Shown here one piece after another: positions 59,001 to 64,000 of a stretch of DNA of 64,000 nt. Every line of letters starts with the position of its first letter. The stretch's first letter is position 1. Both the position numbers and the translations under genes were made by a program. The stretch comes from Elusimicrobiota bacterium (GTDB lineage Bacteria; Elusimicrobiota; Elusimicrobia; Elusimicrobiales; UBA9959): assembly GCA_036574205.1 (NCBI GenBank), contig JAINCQ010000040.1, positions 1 through 64,000 on the forward strand. The letters are read 5' to 3'. The notes beneath the pieces were generated by a model. The model saw only the letters and a program-made list of their open reading frames with translations, ran no database searches and was not told where the DNA came from.

Positions 59001-60980
59001 ATGAACTTTAACCTTATATCAAGATTCAAACCTAAAGGTGATCAACCCAAAGCAATACAAAAATTATTTGAAAATATAAAAAGCGGAGCAAGAAATCACA
59101 CTCTTTTAGGTGTTACTGGAAGTGGTAAGACCTTTACAATGGCAAATCTAATAGCAAAGCTAAACAAACCCGCTCTGGTAATTTCTCCAAATAAAGTTCT
59201 TGCAGCGCAACTTTATTCTGAGTTTAAAACTTTTTTTCCTAACAATCATGTTGAATATTTTATATCTTACTACGATTATTACCAGCCTGAAGCATACATT
59301 CCACAAACAGACACCTATATAGAAAAAGATGCCTCAATAAATGAGCATATAGACAAACTTAGAATAAAAGCCACAACCTCAGTTTTAAATTTTTCAGATA
59401 CTATTGTAGTAGCATCAGTATCGGCAATTTATAATATTGGTTCTCCAAAGAACTTTGAAAGGTTTACTTTTTTAATAAAAAAAGGAGACGAATTTAATAG
59501 AAAAACATTCATAGAAAGACTTGTTGAGATGGGATACACAAGGAATGATAATAAATTTGAAAGATCAAGTTTCAGGATAAGAGGAAATATAATAGATATT
59601 TTTCCATCAGATTCAGATAACTTTATAAGATTAGAAACTTCAAGTGTGATAGAGAACATAATAGAGATGGACCCGCTGAACATAACTGAAAGAGCCCGAC
59701 TTAATGAATATATAATTTCTCCAACCTCACATTTTATAACAGATTTTAACACTATAGAAATTGCTATAAAAAGCATACAAGAAGAACTCAATCAAAGATA
59801 TAAAGAACTTATGAAGATGAAAAAAACTTTATATGCTGAACGTTTAAAACAGAGAACAAACTATGATATAGAAATGTTAAGAACCACAGGCTTCTGTCAT
59901 GGCATAGAAAATTACTCAAGACACATTACACAAAGGCCTCCGGGAGCACGCCCAATATGTCTTATGGATTATTTTCCAGAAGATTACATATTATTTATAG
60001 ACGAATCTCACATATCAATTCCTCAAATCAGGGGAATGTATGAAGGGGATAGATCACGTAAGCAAACTCTTGTAGATTATGGCTTTAGACTTCCATCGGC
60101 TCTTGATAATAGACCTTTAAAATTTGAAGAATTTGAAAATATTAGACCTCAAACTATATTTGTCTCCGCAACACCAGGTCCATATGAGCTATCTATATCA
60201 GGCGAAAAAATAGTAGAGCAAATAATAAGGCCAACGGGACTTGTTGATCCAGAAATAAAAATAATGCCATATAATAACCAGATTAAATTTTTAATTGAAG
60301 AAATAAAAAAACAGATTGAAAAAAAACAGAGAACACTTGTCCTAACCCTGACAAAAAAAATTAGCGAAGATCTTTCAAATTTTTTTAACCAGAATAAAAT
60401 AAAATCAAGCTATATACATTCTTCCATGGATACCCTTGAAAGACTTGAGATAATAGAAAAATTCAGAAAAGGGGAATTTGATGTTCTTGTTGGAATAAAC
60501 CTTTTAAGGGAGGGTATAGATATTCCAGAAGTTTCTCTTGTAGCAATACTAAATGCTGATGCCAGCGGTTATCTAAGAAGCAAGACAACTTTAATACAAA
60601 TTTCAGGCAGAGCGGCAAGAAATAAATGCGGAAGGGTTTTGTTATTTGCTGACACAATTACTGAAGCTATTAAAGAAGCAAAATCTGAGATGGATAGACG
60701 AAGAAAGATACAGATTGAATATAACAAAAAACATAAAATAACACCACAAACAATACAAAAAGAATTTATAACCTATGAGGAACTAAGAAAACAGAAAAAT
60801 ACAAAAACAATTAAAACCATTGAAGAGATATACTCCAAAATAACCCCTGATAATCTAACTGAACTAATAAAAGAACTTGAAAGACAAATGAAAGAAGCAG
60901 CTGACAATTTGAACTTTGAGCTTGCAATAGAGATTAGAGATAAAATAAAATTTCTAAAAGATATGCAGGCAAAACATTGA
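59001..60980 (+). CDS. uvrB: Excinuclease ABC subunit B
   Basis: GDQP.AI, LGVTGSGKT, YYDYYQPEAY, DESH, GFRLPSA.DNRPL, C-terminal UVR domain. Confidence 0.98.
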   Translation: MNFNLISRFKPKGDQPKAIQKLFENIKSGARNHTLLGVTGSGKTFTMANLIAKLNKPALVISPNKVLAAQLYSEFKTFFPNNHVEYFISYYDYYQPEAYIPQTDTYIEKDASINEHIDKLRIKATTSVLNFSDTIVVASVSAIYNIGSPKNFERFTFLIKKGDEFNRKTFIERLVEMGYTRNDNKFERSSFRIRGNIIDIFPSDSDNFIRLETSSVIENIIEMDPLNITERARLNEYIISPTSHFITDFNTIEIAIKSIQEELNQRYKELMKMKKTLYAERLKQRTNYDIEMLRTTGFCHGIENYSRHITQRPPGARPICLMDYFPEDYILFIDESHISIPQIRGMYEGDRSRKQTLVDYGFRLPSALDNRPLKFEEFENIRPQTIFVSATPGPYELSISGEKIVEQIIRPTGLVDPEIKIMPYNNQIKFLIEEIKKQIEKKQRTLVLTLTKKISEDLSNFFNQNKIKSSYIHSSMDTLERLEIIEKFRKGEFDVLVGINLLREGIDIPEVSLVAILNADASGYLRSKTTLIQISGRAARNKCGRVLLFADTITEAIKEAKSEMDRRRKIQIEYNKKHKITPQTIQKEFITYEELRKQKNTKTIKTIEEIYSKITPDNLTELIKELERQMKEAADNLNFELAIEIRDKIKFLKDMQAKH

Positions 60981-61000
60981 TAGTTTTATATAATTTACTT

Positions 61001-61846
61001 ATGAAACAAATAGAAAAAATAATAAAAAGCGCATTAAGGGAAGATATTAATGGCGGGGATATTACAACAATGTTTTTTATTGATAAAAAATCTTTATTTA
61101 AGGGTGTTATGATAGCAAAATCAAATATGATTTTATGCGGCACAGATTTTGCTATAACCTGTTTTAGGCTTCTAAATAATAATTTAAAAGTTAAAAAATT
61201 AAAGAATGATGGCGATTTCGTTAAAAAGAAAGAAATTATAATGGAGATAATCTCAGATAGAAGTATTTTAAGCGCCGAAAGAACTGCTTTAAATATAGTT
61301 CAGAGATTAAGCGGGATAGCATCAAAGACTCATAACTTTGTTAAAATAGCAGAAAAATATGGTGTTAGTATATTTGATACAAGGAAAACGACACCCAATC
61401 TAAGAATAATGGAAAAATATGCTGTAAACTGCGGTGGAGGAGTTAATCATAGATTTGGACTTTTTGATGCATTTATGATAAAAGATAATCATATAAAGGC
61501 TTTTAATAATTTAAATGAGATAGAAAAAAAAATTAAAATTGCAAGAAAAAAACATCCTGAAAAAGAGATTGAGATAGAAGCGCAAAATATAAAACAGGCA
61601 AGTAATTTTGCAGATCTTGATATTGATGTTATAATGTTAGATAACATAAAACTCAAAGATGCAAAAAAAGCCATTGAAATCATAAGAAAAAAGAGAAAAG
61701 ACATTGAAATTGAAATATCTGGCGGAATAACTGAAAAAAATTTTGTGGATTACCTTAAATTGAAACCGGATAGAATCTCAATCGGCGCTCTTACTCACTC
61801 ATATGACTCCGCAGATATATCTCTTGAAATTGAGAAAATAAGATGA
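61001..61846 (+). CDS. nadC: Quinolinate phosphoribosyltransferase
   Basis: ALRED...GDITT, ERTALN, DTRKTTP, HRFGL.D, IKDNH, MLDN, SGGI; alternative start at 60977. Confidence 0.95.
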   Translation: MKQIEKIIKSALREDINGGDITTMFFIDKKSLFKGVMIAKSNMILCGTDFAITCFRLLNNNLKVKKLKNDGDFVKKKEIIMEIISDRSILSAERTALNIVQRLSGIASKTHNFVKIAEKYGVSIFDTRKTTPNLRIMEKYAVNCGGGVNHRFGLFDAFMIKDNHIKAFNNLNEIEKKIKIARKKHPEKEIEIEAQNIKQASNFADLDIDVIMLDNIKLKDAKKAIEIIRKKRKDIEIEISGGITEKNFVDYLKLKPDRISIGALTHSYDSADISLEIEKIR

Positions 61847-62409
61847 ACTTATGTGGGATAAATTTTTTAGTCGTTCTTAATAAGATTGACTCTACGCAAA
61901 CACTGGCAAAAAAATTAATTAACAATAGTCAGATTCAAAAAAAAGATAAAATATTAATAATTTCAAAAACTCAATATGCTGGAAGAGGACAAAAAGATAA
62001 CAAATGGTCAAGTGAATATGGAGGACTTTATTTTTCTTTTATTACCAGAACAGGTGAAAAAAATATAAAAGATATCCAGAAATTATCATTAATCACAGCA
62101 AAAGCGATAAAAGATACAATAGAAAAAATTTATAATATAAAATGTTTTATAAAGCATCCAAATGATATTTATGTCAATCAAAACAATAAAAAGATATCAG
62201 GGATATTAATTGAAACAATTCCATATGGTAAGATAAGATATATAATTACTGGCATAGGAGTTAACTTCCATAACAAAATCCCACAAGAACTAAAAAATAC
62301 CGCCACAACAATATATGAGATTACAAAAAGAAAAAATAATCAGGAGCTATTTCTTAAAGATTTTTTTTCTAAATACTTTAAATTGACAGATTTTTTATAT
62401 GAACCATAA
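61843..62409 (+). CDS. birA: Biotin--protein ligase (no HTH)
   Basis: DSTQ, Q.AGRG...W.S..GGLYFS, KHPND, KKISGILIE, GIGVN. Confidence 0.9.
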   Translation: MNLCGINFLVVLNKIDSTQTLAKKLINNSQIQKKDKILIISKTQYAGRGQKDNKWSSEYGGLYFSFITRTGEKNIKDIQKLSLITAKAIKDTIEKIYNIKCFIKHPNDIYVNQNNKKISGILIETIPYGKIRYIITGIGVNFHNKIPQELKNTATTIYEITKRKNNQELFLKDFFSKYFKLTDFLYEP

Positions 62410-63238
62410 AATAGCAGAAATTTCAAAAGAACTTAATATTACAGATTTTGCGATAATATCATATGAAAGCCTTAAAAAAGCAATAAAATATCCATATGAA
62501 ATATTAAAGGGATATCCTCCTGAAATAAAAAAATACTTAGAGGAAGAAAATGTTGATTTAAAAAATTTTTTCCCTGAGGTTAAATCTGTAATAGTCTGTA
62601 TCTTTCAATACTGGAACAGTAAAAAAAGTTATGAGTCTGAAATTAAGAAAATAAATGATATAAATCTTTTTCTAAATCAAAGAAAGGGAAAAATAGAAAA
62701 TCCCCAATTAATAAAGAATAGAAAGTTTAAAATATCAAGATATGCTCTTGTGGATGAATATCATAAAAAAATAAAAGAAACACTTAAAAATATGATTGAT
62801 AAAATTAAAACTATAAATCCAGAAACTAAAGGCAAAATATTTGTGGATAGTTCAGGGATATTTGAAAAACAAATTGCTGCTGCATCAAACCTTGGATTTT
62901 ATGGAAGAAACACAGTTTTAATAAATCCTGTATATGGAAGTTATTTTTTTATAGGTGGAATTGCATTAAATATAAAATTGGATGAAATGATACCCTCCAA
63001 AAAAGAAAATTTACTGTGCAATAGTTGTAGATTGTGTGAAGAAAGATGTCCCACAAAGGCGTTGAAGGATTTTAAAATAGATCCCTCAAAATGCATTTCA
63101 TACTGGACAACTCATCCGGGAAAACACAAAATCCCGGATAATTTAATGAAAACATCTGAATATATTTTTGGATGTGACATATGCCAGGAATGCTGTCCAT
63201 ATAATCAAAACATCCCAAAAGCAAAAAGTATTTTCTAA
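62399..63238 (+). CDS. queG: Epoxyqueuosine reductase-like Fe-S protein
   Basis: ISRYA...YH, FVDS...EK, G.N..LI.P.YGS, CNSCRLCEERCPT, CISY.T, FGCDICQECCP. Confidence 0.9.
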   Translation: MNHKIAEISKELNITDFAIISYESLKKAIKYPYEILKGYPPEIKKYLEEENVDLKNFFPEVKSVIVCIFQYWNSKKSYESEIKKINDINLFLNQRKGKIENPQLIKNRKFKISRYALVDEYHKKIKETLKNMIDKIKTINPETKGKIFVDSSGIFEKQIAAASNLGFYGRNTVLINPVYGSYFFIGGIALNIKLDEMIPSKKENLLCNSCRLCEERCPTKALKDFKIDPSKCISYWTTHPGKHKIPDNLMKTSEYIFGCDICQECCPYNQNIPKAKSIF

Positions 63239-63250
63239 TGAATTTTAAAT

Positions 63251-64000
63251 TTATTTTCTCAAATCTAAAAGAATATAAATAAAAATCTCTGAGAAATTAT
63301 CTTTCCCAACACCATTATCTTTTATATATCTTAACATCTCATCCTTAATTTTTTTAAAAGAGCGAGTATCTTTTTCCGCTATTAGATAAATATATTCAAA
63401 ATCATAAGGTTTTAAAAATTTATATTCGTTTCTTTTTAAAAATTCTTTATCAACAAGAGTTTTTTTCACAAAAACCATATTCTTTCTATCAAAATAAATC
63501 AACCCCCACTTATCAAAATTTATATTCTTAATAAAATATGGCCTTGCTACAAAATATTCTCTTTCATTATTGATAACTTTATACATTTCCTTTTTGACAG
63601 ATGGAGGAATATGAAAATAAAGAAGGCCAAAGTTGTATTTTCTGTCATATTTTTCGAAATTATTTGAATTCTTAGTAGTTTCAATATATTCTTCAAGCAT
63701 ATTTGAAAATATATATCTTCCATCCATAAATGTTTTATTATAGCCATACAATCCAAAAGCAAGACTGCCACCAGTATTCCATCCATTATAAAGCTTAAGA
63801 GATCCAAGATATTCTTTGTTTTTAACAATAAAATTTATAGACGCATCGCTTACCCACTGATTGACATAAAAACCGTTTTCAATTAAAACTTTTATATTCT
63901 TTTCAAACTGATTAAACCCTTTAAATAAAATAAATGATACAAGCAAAATTGCCAAGATATTTTTTAGTGCTGATGAAGCAAAACCAAGAAAATACTTAAT
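63251..64000 (-). CDS. 3' part of a probable membrane protein (runs off the window)
   Basis: Frame is open from 64000 to the stop at 63251; YN.WN.GG.L...FMDGRY and W.LIYFD motifs. Confidence 0.6.
   Translation of the reverse strand: MKYFLGFASSALKNILAILLVSFILFKGFNQFEKNIKVLIENGFYVNQWVSDASINFIVKNKEYLGSLKLYNGWNTGGSLAFGLYGYNKTFMDGRYIFSNMLEEYIETTKNSNNFEKYDRKYNFGLLYFHIPPSVKKEMYKVINNEREYFVARPYFIKNINFDKWGLIYFDRKNMVFVKKTLVDKEFLKRNEYKFLKPYDFEYIYLIAEKDTRSFKKIKDEMLRYIKDNGVGKDNFSEIFIYILLDLRK

Noticed and set aside
1267..63828. Numerous 60-140-aa antisense or out-of-frame ORFs in the ORF track
   Set aside because: They overlap well-supported genes and lack motifs; treated as shadow ORFs

Overview
Very AT-rich (roughly 30% GC by eye) bacterial chromosomal segment of mostly housekeeping genes. 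The gene set suggests a diderm, possibly Elusimicrobiota-like, but this is an unverified impression. In order: ftsQ-ftsA-ftsZ-pilT-dNK-cmk-plsC-rpsA-TPR-NTPase-like-murC-rsmA-pepP-lemA-htpX; an OPT transporter; a type II restriction-modification pair (CCGG/BsaWI-like REase plus N4-C MTase); clostripain; squalene/phytoene synthase; dcd; ridA; malQ; a TatT-containing TRAP transporter; gcvT-H-PA-PB; a peptidoglycan-turnover cluster (SIS-mltA-namZ); two aminotransferases; tRNA-Leu(TAA); a metal-uptake operon; psd-pssA; tmk-holB-metG; ndk-hydrolase-murQ-uvrB-nadC-birA-queG. Four things stand out. (1) A tightly coupled three-gene operon encodes an acidic protein and a DnaA-type AAA+ protein that lacks the arginine finger and DNA-binding domain; the two appear to share an uncharacterised C-terminal domain, and an orphan GAF histidine kinase follows. 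(2) A ~250-nt, ~57% GC multi-hairpin element directly abuts tRNA-Leu and contains a duplicated stem-loop motif with different stems but conserved loops. (3) A mosaic intergenic repeat occurs three times; it carries DnaA-box palindromes and an internally inverted module, and two copies flank the gcv operon. (4) A CxxC...RSPP (DUF2946/CruR-like) leader ORF precedes the metal-uptake operon. No CRISPR array, rRNA, integrase or transposase was seen. All calls are by eye, without database searches.
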